Part shown: positions 53,873-62,185 of the stretch, piece by piece
Layout: each line of letters starts with the position of its first letter
Numbering within the stretch: the stretch's first letter is position 1
Origin: Acidimicrobiia bacterium
GTDB taxonomy: Bacteria > Actinomycetota > Acidimicrobiia > Spongiisociales > ZC4RG35
Length of the DNA: 64,000 nt
Direction of reading: 5' to 3'
NCBI GenBank assembly: GCA_035292685.1
Contig: DATDPP010000079.1
Span: forward strand, 21,390 to 85,389
Translations under genes and position numbers: made by a program
Notes under the pieces: generated by a model
Databases searched by the model: none
What the model was told of the DNA's origin: nothing
The model's input: only the letters and a program-made list of their open reading frames with translations

Positions 53873-54646
53873 ATGACCGAGTTGATGAAGGATCGTCTCC
53901 AGCGTGGTGAGCGATTGATGGTCTTCGCGGTGGGGAGGATGTTCAACCCCAACATCATCCGCTACCTCGGAATGCGGGGCGGTTTTGATGGGTTCTGGAT
54001 CGATGTCGAGCATGCCGGGTTGACGACGCGCGACATCGAGATCGCGGCAACCGCCGGCATGGCACACGACCTCGACTGCTTTGTACGGGTCCCACCAACG
54101 GACTACGCCACCGTGACCCGCTGCTTCGAGAGTGGAGCCACGGGGGTGATGGCCGCTCAGATCACATCCGCCGATCACGCCGAAGAATTCGTGCGCTGGG
54201 CGAAGTTCGCACCCCGGGGTCGCCGTGGGCTGAATCCTCTCGGCTTTGACGGCGGTTACGGCTCTGTCCCGTTGGCCGAGTTCGCCGAACGGGCCAATCG
54301 CGAGACGTTCGTGGCGATACAGATCGAAACCGCACAAGCAGTCGAGGAGGTCGACGCAATCGCCGCCATTGACGGTGTTGACCTTCTTTTTGTCGGACCG
54401 TCCGATTTGAGTCAGGCCATGGGGGCGATCGGTGACTTCATGGGCGAGCGGTCGATGGAGGCGATGGATCGGGTAGCCGCCGCCTGTCTGTCTCATGGCA
54501 AGCAATGGGGCGCGGTGACACCCTCACCGGCTTACGCCGCGATTCTCGTTGAGAAGGGCTGTGCGATGATCTCCGCGACCAACGACGTCAAGTTGGTGTC
54601 CGCCGGCCTCGAAGCGTTCCAGGAGGCCTACGCCTCCCTTTGGTGA
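53873..54646 (+). CDS. HpcH/HpaI-family 2-keto-3-deoxy/4-hydroxy-2-oxo-acid aldolase
   Basis: 'GFDGFWIDVEHAG', 'VRVP', 'IQIETAQAVEEVDAIAAIDGVDLLFVGPSDLS'. Confidence 0.85.
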   Translation: MTELMKDRLQRGERLMVFAVGRMFNPNIIRYLGMRGGFDGFWIDVEHAGLTTRDIEIAATAGMAHDLDCFVRVPPTDYATVTRCFESGATGVMAAQITSADHAEEFVRWAKFAPRGRRGLNPLGFDGGYGSVPLAEFAERANRETFVAIQIETAQAVEEVDAIAAIDGVDLLFVGPSDLSQAMGAIGDFMGERSMEAMDRVAAACLSHGKQWGAVTPSPAYAAILVEKGCAMISATNDVKLVSAGLEAFQEAYASLW

Positions 54647-54656
54647 GGGCTGCGCC

Positions 54657-55331
54657 TCATCGGCCCGGATTCACATCCATTGCGTGAGTCTCCAGCGGCA
54701 AATTGATGTGACCGTGCTGAACTTCTAAGGCGCGAGCCGCGTCCCCTGTCTCATAACACTCGATCAATGCGTAGTGGTCGACCACGGCGCGACGCCGGAC
54801 TTCTGGATGTAGACGTTGAGCCTGCGCCACATACACCCCACCCGCTTCTTCCAAGGCAAGAAGCATGCCGGTGAGGCGTTTCGTCCTGGTGGCGCGGTGG
54901 AAAACGGAATGGAAGTGGCTGTTCTTCTGAACCCACGATCCGAGGTCTTCCTCATCCGCCAAATCGTCGGCAAGGGCCCGAGCCTCTTCGATCTCCTCAG
55001 GTGTGATGTTGGCCATTGCCCGTTCGATGGCGACGGGTTCCAGCGCTCGGCGAACCTCCACGATCTCCACCATTTCGTCCCAATCGGGCATACGCACCGT
55101 TCCGATTCGGTGGCTATCGAGTGTGATCAGGCCTTCACTGGCCAGATCTCGCATTGCCTCCCGGACCGGCGTGGTGCTGACGTCAAGTTGATTGGCGATT
55201 TCGGTCTGAACCAGCCGTGAGCCTCCAGGGAGATCTCCCCGGAGAATGGCGGCGCGGAGGACATCCCGCACCAGGTCGACGGCGGTCACCCGGCGCGAGG
55301 TGGCCGCATCAAGACGAAGACTCGCTGTCAT
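54657..55331 (-). CDS. GntR-family transcriptional regulator, FadR/FCD subfamily
   Basis: 'LVQTEIANQLDVSTTPVREAMRDLASEGLI' followed by an FCD-like domain. Divergent from motif-2 site G. Confidence 0.9.
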   Translation of the reverse strand: MTASLRLDAATSRRVTAVDLVRDVLRAAILRGDLPGGSRLVQTEIANQLDVSTTPVREAMRDLASEGLITLDSHRIGTVRMPDWDEMVEIVEVRRALEPVAIERAMANITPEEIEEARALADDLADEEDLGSWVQKNSHFHSVFHRATRTKRLTGMLLALEEAGGVYVAQAQRLHPEVRRRAVVDHYALIECYETGDAARALEVQHGHINLPLETHAMDVNPGR

Positions 55332-55412
55332 CGGTGCAGCCTTCCCCCGATCACGGGGCTGATTCCTCCCGACCTCGACAGCCGGCGTCGCCAGTTGGTG
55401 ATGACCTTCACG

Positions 55413-55433
55413 TTATGTACTATACCGAATATA
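55413..55433. promoter_or_regulatory. Motif-2 site G: TTATGTACTATACCGAATATA
   Basis: 17/21 identical to site H. Contains GTA-N3-TAC, the generic GntR GT-Nx-AC signature. Lies between the divergent GntR gene (55331) and the M24 gene. Confidence 0.6.
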
Positions 55434-55571
55434 GAGAGCCGCCAGACCGGTTTGACCAAGGTCTCGGCCGGTCGGGGACCGAGGGAGTGAGCGATAAGCC
55501 GCTACGCAAAGGGGCCTTTCGGGGTCGATTGGGAGGACCGGTACGATTTCACCGAGCTGCGCCGGCAACGG

Positions 55572-56714
55572 GTGGCCAAGGCGCAGACGGCGTTGGTCGC
55601 ATCCGAGGCCGATGGGGTGTTGGTTTGGAAGGACGAGAACGTCCGATATCTCACCTCGCTGCGGGCACAGCTCATCGCAGGCAAGACGACTTCCCTCAAC
55701 GGCGCCCTGCTGACCGCGACGGAGGATCCGATCCTGCTCGGCTCCGGCGGGGAGATCGACAAGGCACGGTTTGGGATGAGCTGGATCGGTGAGGCTCACG
55801 CGGTGCCGATCATGGAGCAACGAGAGCTGGTTGACGGGTTCGTCAAGAACATTCTGACCCCTCTCCTCGCTTCGAGGGGGCTCACCTCGGGGAGACTGGC
55901 CGTCGACCAGGCCAACATCTCGTTCATCCAGTCGATGCGGGCCCATTTCCCCGACCTCGAACTGGTCGACGGTGACACCGTGATGCAACAGGCCCGTTGG
56001 ATCAAAACCGATCTCGAAGTGGCAGTAATCGAAGAGGCGTGTGCCATAGGCGACTCGGTGACACAACGTGCCCTCGATGAGACCCGCGCCGGCCGTCGTG
56101 AGCTCGATGTCGCCGCCGACGCCATGCAGACCCTATTCCAACTCGGTGGTGAGATGGCCCATGTCATCACCCCGTTCGTTGCGTCGGGTGAACACATGTC
56201 ACCCCCTCACCGTCTCGCCACCGACAAGATCATCCGCAACCAGGACCTGGTTTTCATCGACATAGGCGCCATGTGGAACGGCTACTTCGCCGACATCGGG
56301 CGGACCACCATCGTGGGCAGACCATCCAAACAACAACAAGAGATCTACACCGCGGTCTACAAGGGGCTTATGGCCGGGTTGGACAAGATGCGCCCCGGGT
56401 TCACCAACCAGGATTGCGCCGACGCCATCATCGCCAAAATCGCCGAACACGGGCTCGAGGATCACCTGTTCAATCTCTTCATCGGTCACGGGATCGGAAT
56501 GGGCGCCAACGAGCCCCCATACATAGGAGAAACGCTGCCCGGCGCCACCACCTACCAATTCCAACCAAACATGGTGTTCGCAGTGGAACCGCTGGTGTGG
56601 GTGCCCAACGTACGTGGCGGCGGCGGCGTGCGTCTCGAGGACATGGTGCTCATCACCGACAACGACCCACACCTCCTCTCCCGGGTCGAATACGAAGAAC
56701 GACTCCTGCTCTGA
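55572..56714 (+). CDS. M24-family (creatinase/Xaa-Pro peptidase fold) metallohydrolase; the true start is probably upstream (see finding)
   Basis: Full metal-ligand set: 'VFIDIGAMWNGYFADIGRT', 'IGHGIGMG', 'FAVEP' and 'VRLEDMV'. The coordinates use the first canonical start (GTG). Confidence 0.8.
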   Translation: MAKAQTALVASEADGVLVWKDENVRYLTSLRAQLIAGKTTSLNGALLTATEDPILLGSGGEIDKARFGMSWIGEAHAVPIMEQRELVDGFVKNILTPLLASRGLTSGRLAVDQANISFIQSMRAHFPDLELVDGDTVMQQARWIKTDLEVAVIEEACAIGDSVTQRALDETRAGRRELDVAADAMQTLFQLGGEMAHVITPFVASGEHMSPPHRLATDKIIRNQDLVFIDIGAMWNGYFADIGRTTIVGRPSKQQQEIYTAVYKGLMAGLDKMRPGFTNQDCADAIIAKIAEHGLEDHLFNLFIGHGIGMGANEPPYIGETLPGATTYQFQPNMVFAVEPLVWVPNVRGGGGVRLEDMVLITDNDPHLLSRVEYEERLLL

Positions 56715-56726
56715 CCGGGGCTGCCG

Positions 56727-57656
56727 TCAATCCCCCAGGGCCTCGATCACCGCGTTCACGATCATCCTTGCCACCCGGTCGACCGACTCGATGGTGTTGC
56801 CGGCGACGTGAGGGGTGAGCAGGAGGTTCGAGACACCGGCGAACCTGGAGGCCGGGCCAGGGCCCAGCGGCTCCGAGGCGAAGACGTCGAGAGCGGCCCC
56901 TCCGATTCCCCCGGTTCGCAAGGCATGGGCCAGTGCCACCTCGTCGACGGTTCCCCCGCGCGAAGTGTTGATGAGAATCGCGGTCGGCTTCATGAGAGCC
57001 AGACCGGCGCCGTCGATCAGATTCCTGGTCTCCTCGTTGAGTGGGGTATGGATGCTGATGACGTCGGCGCATCCCAGAAGCTCCTCGAGGTCCATCTGCT
57101 CCGCGGTTAGCCACGCCGGGTCGCCCACCGTCAGGTAAGGGTCATGGGCGACAATCCGCATCTCGAACCCTCTGGCGCGGGCCGCCACATGGCGTGCGAT
57201 CGAGCCGAACCCAACCAGGCCAAGGGTCTTGCCCATCGCCTCCCGACCGAAAGCATGGCCCTGACGCGGCCATTCCCCGGCGACCATGGACCCGGTCATG
57301 GCGTACACCCCGCGCAAGAGGACGAGCATCGCTCCCATCACGTATTCGGCCACCGCTACTGCGTTGGCGCCCACCGCCGGTATCACCTCGAGACCCGCCG
57401 CGGCACACGCAACCATGTCGATGTTGTCGAGCCCAACTCCAAGACGCCCCACCACCTTCATCCTGTTCGCGGCGGCGACGAATTCCGCGTCGACGTAGGT
57501 TCGATTGCGGACGAAGATCGCCTCCGCACCGGCCACCTCCTCGAGCAACCTCTGGCGATCGGCGTACAGGTCCGGGTCGTAGACGACTTCGTGCCCTCCG
57601 CGGAGCACTCCGAGGAACTCCTCCTGTAGAAACTCGGAGACGACCAGTTTCCTCAT
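56727..57656 (-). CDS. D-isomer-specific 2-hydroxyacid dehydrogenase family protein
   Basis: 'LGLVGFGSIARHVA', 'ILINTSRGGTVD' and 'GAALDVFASEPL'. Confidence 0.85.
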   Translation of the reverse strand: MRKLVVSEFLQEEFLGVLRGGHEVVYDPDLYADRQRLLEEVAGAEAIFVRNRTYVDAEFVAAANRMKVVGRLGVGLDNIDMVACAAAGLEVIPAVGANAVAVAEYVMGAMLVLLRGVYAMTGSMVAGEWPRQGHAFGREAMGKTLGLVGFGSIARHVAARARGFEMRIVAHDPYLTVGDPAWLTAEQMDLEELLGCADVISIHTPLNEETRNLIDGAGLALMKPTAILINTSRGGTVDEVALAHALRTGGIGGAALDVFASEPLGPGPASRFAGVSNLLLTPHVAGNTIESVDRVARMIVNAVIEALGD

Positions 57657-58540
57657 TATCTCGGTTTTAGACCGATGATCTCCCGCGCCTCGGAGGGCGT
57701 CGCTATCTCCCTCCCATGCTCGGCCGCGATGCGGACGATCTTCTCGACCAGCCGGGCGTTGGAATCAGCCAGCTCCCCCGGAGAAAGGTATGGGTTGTCC
57801 TCGGCACCAACCCGGACATGGCCGCCCATGCCGATGACCATGGACAGAAGCCTCCATTGGGTGGTTGGGCTCATGACACTCACGTTGTAGTTGACGAATT
57901 CGGGCAAGAGGTCGGTCATGTACAGAATCGCGGCCTCGGTCGGAGGAGTCCACGAACCACCCTCCCAGTCGATGAACAGTGTCGTCCACAAGGGCTCGGC
58001 GAGGAGGCCCTCGGAGTGGAGCTTGTTCAGGTTCCACACTGCCCCCGAGTGGAACACCTCGATCTCCGGCTTGACGTCGTGCTTGGGCAGCTCGACTGCG
58101 TAGCCCCGGAGCTCCTCGAGGGTATGCAATGAGTAGATGCAGTTGGGTGGGTACGCAGGGTCCGGCTGAAAATGCTCGTCGTGAGCGTTGAACGCGACCG
58201 ACATCATCTCCGGGCCGAGGTCGAGCAAGGGCACACGATCCTCGAAGCGGGCGCCGGCGATGCCGAATTGGATGATCGTGTCTCCCTCGGAGCGGATTCT
58301 GTCGGTGATCTCCGCCCACCCCTCGACATCGATCCTGCTCACCTTGCGCCCATCGGCCTGCAGCGTCGATTCCAACGTGCGAACCCCGTGAAGATGGGAG
58401 ACAGCGGCCCCAGCGTTGGCGCACCTGATGTACTCATGGGCAATCAACTCGGTGTTCTCACGAGTTGGAGCCGGACTGTGCGGGTTTGACGGGTAGGAAA
58501 CGGACGAGTCGCAGCCGGCGGTGATGATCAGCTTGTCCAT
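57656..58540 (-). CDS. BKACE-family (3-keto-5-aminohexanoate cleavage enzyme-like, DUF849) beta-keto-acid cleavage enzyme
   Basis: 'KLIITAGCD...' N-terminus and 'CANAGAAVSHLHGVR' in a ~290 aa TIM-barrel-sized protein. Confidence 0.75.
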   Translation of the reverse strand: MDKLIITAGCDSSVSYPSNPHSPAPTRENTELIAHEYIRCANAGAAVSHLHGVRTLESTLQADGRKVSRIDVEGWAEITDRIRSEGDTIIQFGIAGARFEDRVPLLDLGPEMMSVAFNAHDEHFQPDPAYPPNCIYSLHTLEELRGYAVELPKHDVKPEIEVFHSGAVWNLNKLHSEGLLAEPLWTTLFIDWEGGSWTPPTEAAILYMTDLLPEFVNYNVSVMSPTTQWRLLSMVIGMGGHVRVGAEDNPYLSPGELADSNARLVEKIVRIAAEHGREIATPSEAREIIGLKPR

Positions 58541-58559
58541 CGGTCCCCCAATCCGTGCC

Positions 58560-59495
58560 TTACTTTCCTGAGCCCGAGATCAAGCCGGCAACGACGTATT
58601 TCTCGATGCGGGTGTACACAAGGATGAAAGGGAGGACGGTGAGAATCGTGAAGGCAGCTTCTCCCGGGAAGTTGGCGATGCCTTCGATACCCTGCATCAG
58701 ATAGAGCTCGAACGGGAGGGTCCGTTTTCCTGGAGTGTTGGTCAGCACCAGGACCAAGGTGAACTCGTTCCAGGCTTCCCTGAACGCCAGGACACCGATA
58801 GTGATCATTGCGGGCGCCGCCAGTGGCGCCACTATGTATCTGAGACGGCCCCAGAGACTGGCCCCGTCGACGTTGGCTGCTTCCTCGATTTCGCGTGGTA
58901 TCTGCTGGAAGAAGCCAACCATCAGCCATACGGCCAAAGGTAAGAGCATCGCCGTGTAGACGATGATCAGAGTTATGCGCTTGTCAAGCAACCCGGCAAC
59001 AACGGCGAGGCGGTAGATCGGAACCATCAAGCCGATGCTCGGCACCAGGCGAGGGAGCAGGGTGAACAGGAGAAGCAGGTGTCGACCCCGGAATCTGAAT
59101 CTCGCAAACGCGTAGGCGGCAGGCACTCCAATCAAGATGGTCAGCACTGTGGTACCGATCCCGACGATGAGGCTGTTCAGGAACGATGTTGTGAAACTCT
59201 CGCTGGCCAGAACCTCGCGATAGGCATCGAGGGTCGGGCTCGATGGGATCAGCGAGGGATCCGCAAACACCTCCGCCCGCTCTTTGAAGGAAACCGACAG
59301 AGTCACCAGGAACGGTGCCACCGTCCAGGCGACGAGGGCGATCAAGGGAATCGCAATCAGGATCCTCCTGAATAACAGGCGCGCTCTGGTCCCCGCGGGC
59401 TGCTTGGTCTCCATTTCGCCACCGACAACCGCCCGGGCCGCCTTGGCAGTTGCCGCGGCAAGGGCGGGCTCGTCGGAATGTTGTGTCTCTGTCAT
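58560..59495 (-). CDS. Carbohydrate-type ABC transporter permease (MalG/BPD_transp_1)
   Basis: EAA loop 'EEAANVDGASLWGRLRYIVAPL'. The ATG at 59495 overlaps the upstream stop (ATGA). The ORF-track extension to 60407 is an out-of-frame shadow of the next gene. Confidence 0.85.
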   Translation of the reverse strand: MTETQHSDEPALAAATAKAARAVVGGEMETKQPAGTRARLLFRRILIAIPLIALVAWTVAPFLVTLSVSFKERAEVFADPSLIPSSPTLDAYREVLASESFTTSFLNSLIVGIGTTVLTILIGVPAAYAFARFRFRGRHLLLLFTLLPRLVPSIGLMVPIYRLAVVAGLLDKRITLIIVYTAMLLPLAVWLMVGFFQQIPREIEEAANVDGASLWGRLRYIVAPLAAPAMITIGVLAFREAWNEFTLVLVLTNTPGKRTLPFELYLMQGIEGIANFPGEAAFTILTVLPFILVYTRIEKYVVAGLISGSGK

Positions 59496-60451
59496 TGGTC
59501 GTACTCGTATCGGCGGCCGATGCCTACATAGCCCAACGTGATCAGGGCGTTGAGGATCAAGATGAACGTTGCGATTGCGAGCGCCTGGTTGAACTCGAGA
59601 TTGCGGAAAGCCACGGTGTACATCTCCATGGCCATGGTCTGGGTGGCTTTGAGTGGTCCGCCGCCGGTAAGTGCCAGCACGACTCCCAGCCCGGTGAGTG
59701 TCGAATAGCTCAGCCAGATCGTGCTTATCAACAGTTGCGGGGCGAGTAGCGGAATGGTGATGTGGCGGGCCCGGGACCACCCGGTGGCTCCATCCACAAG
59801 GGCTGCGTCGAGATACGACCTGTCGATGGTCATCAGCCCGCCGAGGAGAAGGAGGATCGTGAGGGGAAGGTCGGTCCAAACCTGGGTGAGGATCACAGTG
59901 ACCATCGCCAGAGCGGGCTTCGCAAGCCACGACGGGCCGTCGATCCCGAAGAACTCGATAACCTGGTTCACCGTTCCGAACTGGCCGTTGAGGAGAATCT
60001 TGAACATCACGGCCGCGGCGACGTTCGAGACGATGTAGGGAGCGACGGTCACGGCGCGGAGGAATCGGAGCTTCCCCACGATCCGAAACAGCGCGAAGGC
60101 AAAGAAGAGGCCCAGCGCCGTTCCGAGGATCAGGGACCCAAAGACGAAGATCGTGGTCCGGTTCAACGAGTGCCAGAAGTCGGCTGACGAGAACATGTCC
60201 GCGTAGTTCTCGAAACCGACCCACTCCGCCGGAAGTCCCAACGATGGGCGGCGATACAAGCTCTGCCACACGCCGTACAGGACTGGGAACCCGAGTATCG
60301 CCGCCACGAGAAGAATTGCCGGGAGGCTGAAGAGATAGGGCGTGGACTTGCGCTGGCCGATGATGGCGTTGTTGTCCCGACCCGGCGGCTCGCTTCGTCG
60401 CCACCACTTGCCGCCGCCGCCTCTCGTCTTCGAAACTGTCGTCGCCGTCAT
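59492..60451 (-). CDS. Carbohydrate-type ABC transporter permease (MalF/BPD_transp_1)
   Basis: EAA loop 'LDAALVDGATGWSRARHITIPLL' and six hydrophobic helices. Confidence 0.85.
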   Translation of the reverse strand: MTATTVSKTRGGGGKWWRRSEPPGRDNNAIIGQRKSTPYLFSLPAILLVAAILGFPVLYGVWQSLYRRPSLGLPAEWVGFENYADMFSSADFWHSLNRTTIFVFGSLILGTALGLFFAFALFRIVGKLRFLRAVTVAPYIVSNVAAAVMFKILLNGQFGTVNQVIEFFGIDGPSWLAKPALAMVTVILTQVWTDLPLTILLLLGGLMTIDRSYLDAALVDGATGWSRARHITIPLLAPQLLISTIWLSYSTLTGLGVVLALTGGGPLKATQTMAMEMYTVAFRNLEFNQALAIATFILILNALITLGYVGIGRRYEYDQ

Positions 60452-60481
60452 CAGCAGAACGCAGTCAAGTCACAAGAAACA

Positions 60482-60519
60482 AGAGTGCTCCCTTGCCCGA
60501 GAAGGCAAGGGAGCACTCT
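60482..60519 (-). terminator. Perfect 16-bp stem (AGAGTGCTCCCTTGCC / GGCAAGGGAGCACTCT) with a 6-nt loop, between the binding-protein and permease genes
   Basis: Read directly from the sequence. On the transcribed (minus) strand it is followed by the U-rich TGTTTCTTGT. This is the typical position for an mRNA-stabilising or attenuating hairpin after an SBP gene. Confidence 0.5.
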
Positions 60520-60561
60520 GCGTTCCGTTGGTGCTCGTCGTGACGGGGCACCGTGTTGATA

Positions 60562-61962
60562 TCAGGCGCTGTCGAGCTGCGGCTGATACTCGGCCGCAAG
60601 GTCGTCACATGTCTTGTCTGTGCCTACGACGATCTCACCGAACATCTGCTCGAGGATCCCTTCGACTTCGCCGGCGTTCGGTCCCGCCGGTGTTGGGGAG
60701 CTGCCCAAGTAGGCATTCTTCAAGTCCTCGTTGAAGAAAGGCCAGATGTCCACGAGCTCCGGGGAGTTGAGGGCTTCGGTCTGCCGCATCGGCACACCAC
60801 CGTTTCCGGCCTGACCCAGCAAGTTGGCCGTCTCAGCGATGTACCTCAGCACGAGCGCCGCTTCAGCCGGATGCTCGGAGCCTTCAATTACCGCCCAGGT
60901 CCGGGCCGCCGAGAGGGCGACACCGTCGGCGCCGCCACCAGACTGGGACAGCGGGACCGGGGTGAGATTCCACTGGTCCGGGTAAGCGAAGCCTTCTGCC
61001 TCGCTGAAGTCGCCGGCAGTGGTGAAGCCGTCCAGGATCAGCCCGGCGTCACCGGACACGAAGGCGCCCCGAGACTCGTCCTCGCCCCAGGCGATGGCGT
61101 CCGGTGGGAGGAGCCCTTCGTTTGCAGCCTGAAGGAACCAGTTGCAGGCGTAGAGCCCACCAGCGGAGGTGAGGTCGGGAACGGCGCCTTCGAAGGGAGT
61201 CCCGGCTGCTGCGAGCACAGTCTTCATCGTCGTGACCCCGTCGCCGGCCTTGGCTTGAACTGTGAACGGGATTGAATCCGGTCGGGTTGCCTTCATCGCC
61301 CGCATCGCATCCAGCACGTCGTCCAGAGACTCGAACGGCACTGAGACACCGGCCTCGTCGAACCATTCCTGGTTGTAGTAGAGGACATCGAAGTTGGCAG
61401 TGATGGACGCCCCGTATTTGGTGCCATCGAGTGCGGTCTCGTCCCAGACGAGGGGCAAGAGCAGCCCGTATTGATCAGGATCCTCCGCTTCCCACGTGGC
61501 AGCGATGTCGTCGTGGGATCCGACCAACCCGGCCTCCACGAACGCCTCGATGAGGAACGCGTCCTCGGCTCCGAGCACGTCGGGCAGGGGCTGACCCGCA
61601 TCAACCCTTGTCAACAACTGCTGCAGGATGTCGTCGTTGGACTGGACGTCCCAGGTCACATTGATGTTGGGATACTCCGCCATGAAGCTCTCGAACTCGT
61701 CCGGCGGGATGTAGTAATCCCTGGTGACGATGATGGAGAGGTCGATTTGCTCGTCACCCCCGCTTGTGGTGTCGGGGGCGTCGGTTCCGGCAGGAGCGTC
61801 GGTCCCAGATGGAGCGTCTGTCGTATCGGTCGTCTCAGAGGTACATGCGGCGGCGACCAAGGCAAGTATCGCCAATATCGCCAGCAGCTTCGTCCGTCCG
61901 CGACGCGCTGGCACGGTCGCTCTTTCGTTGGGCTTCTTTTTCGACCTGGATCTCGAGTTCAC
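60562..61962 (-). CDS. ABC transporter substrate-binding lipoprotein (family 1, sugar/polyol type)
   Basis: Signal peptide plus lipobox 'LVAAAC' and a Thr/Asp/Pro-rich linker. GTG start with an AGGAGGA ribosome-binding site 7 nt upstream. Confidence 0.85.
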   Translation of the reverse strand: MNSRSRSKKKPNERATVPARRGRTKLLAILAILALVAAACTSETTDTTDAPSGTDAPAGTDAPDTTSGGDEQIDLSIIVTRDYYIPPDEFESFMAEYPNINVTWDVQSNDDILQQLLTRVDAGQPLPDVLGAEDAFLIEAFVEAGLVGSHDDIAATWEAEDPDQYGLLLPLVWDETALDGTKYGASITANFDVLYYNQEWFDEAGVSVPFESLDDVLDAMRAMKATRPDSIPFTVQAKAGDGVTTMKTVLAAAGTPFEGAVPDLTSAGGLYACNWFLQAANEGLLPPDAIAWGEDESRGAFVSGDAGLILDGFTTAGDFSEAEGFAYPDQWNLTPVPLSQSGGGADGVALSAARTWAVIEGSEHPAEAALVLRYIAETANLLGQAGNGGVPMRQTEALNSPELVDIWPFFNEDLKNAYLGSSPTPAGPNAGEVEGILEQMFGEIVVGTDKTCDDLAAEYQPQLDSA

Positions 61963-62042
61963 CTTGGTTTCCTCCTAGTTTCCCTGTCTCTGGCCTCGTC
62001 CGGGCGACCGCTCGCAGGGACAAAGACCCCGCTTGTCGTACA

Positions 62043-62063
62043 ATATGTAGAATACCGAATAGA
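62043..62063. promoter_or_regulatory. Motif-2 site H: ATATGTAGAATACCGAATAGA
   Basis: 17/21 identical to site G. Lies between the divergent ABC/BKACE operon (start 61962) and the beta-eliminating lyase. A TACAAT -10-like hexamer is immediately upstream. Confidence 0.6.
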
Positions 62064-62185
62064 CGGACCCGGTCAAATGGCCTGCGATGCCCGGTGCGCC
62101 ATCCACCGCCTCTCCCCTGCCCACCGGATGGCGTTGGGACCAAAGCCCCTGTTCCGGCCGGTCTCAGCCCATCAAACATGAACCG

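Noticed and set aside
59496-60407. N-terminal 300 aa of the 615 aa ORF 58560..60407, which would create a giant fused permease.
   Set aside because: That part is out of frame with, and overlaps, the genuine MalF-like permease (59492..60451). It is Arg/Pro-rich nonsense. The real MalG-like gene starts at ATG 59495 with an ATGA overlap.
62087-62185. Possible TnaC-like leader peptide or N-terminal extension upstream of the tryptophanase/TPL homologue.
   Set aside because: The ATG at 62087 is in frame with the lyase and there is no intervening stop, so no separate leader ORF exists. The 33 aa it would add (Pro/Ser/Trp-rich) have no counterpart in the remembered TPL/TnaA N-termini. I kept it only as an alternative start.
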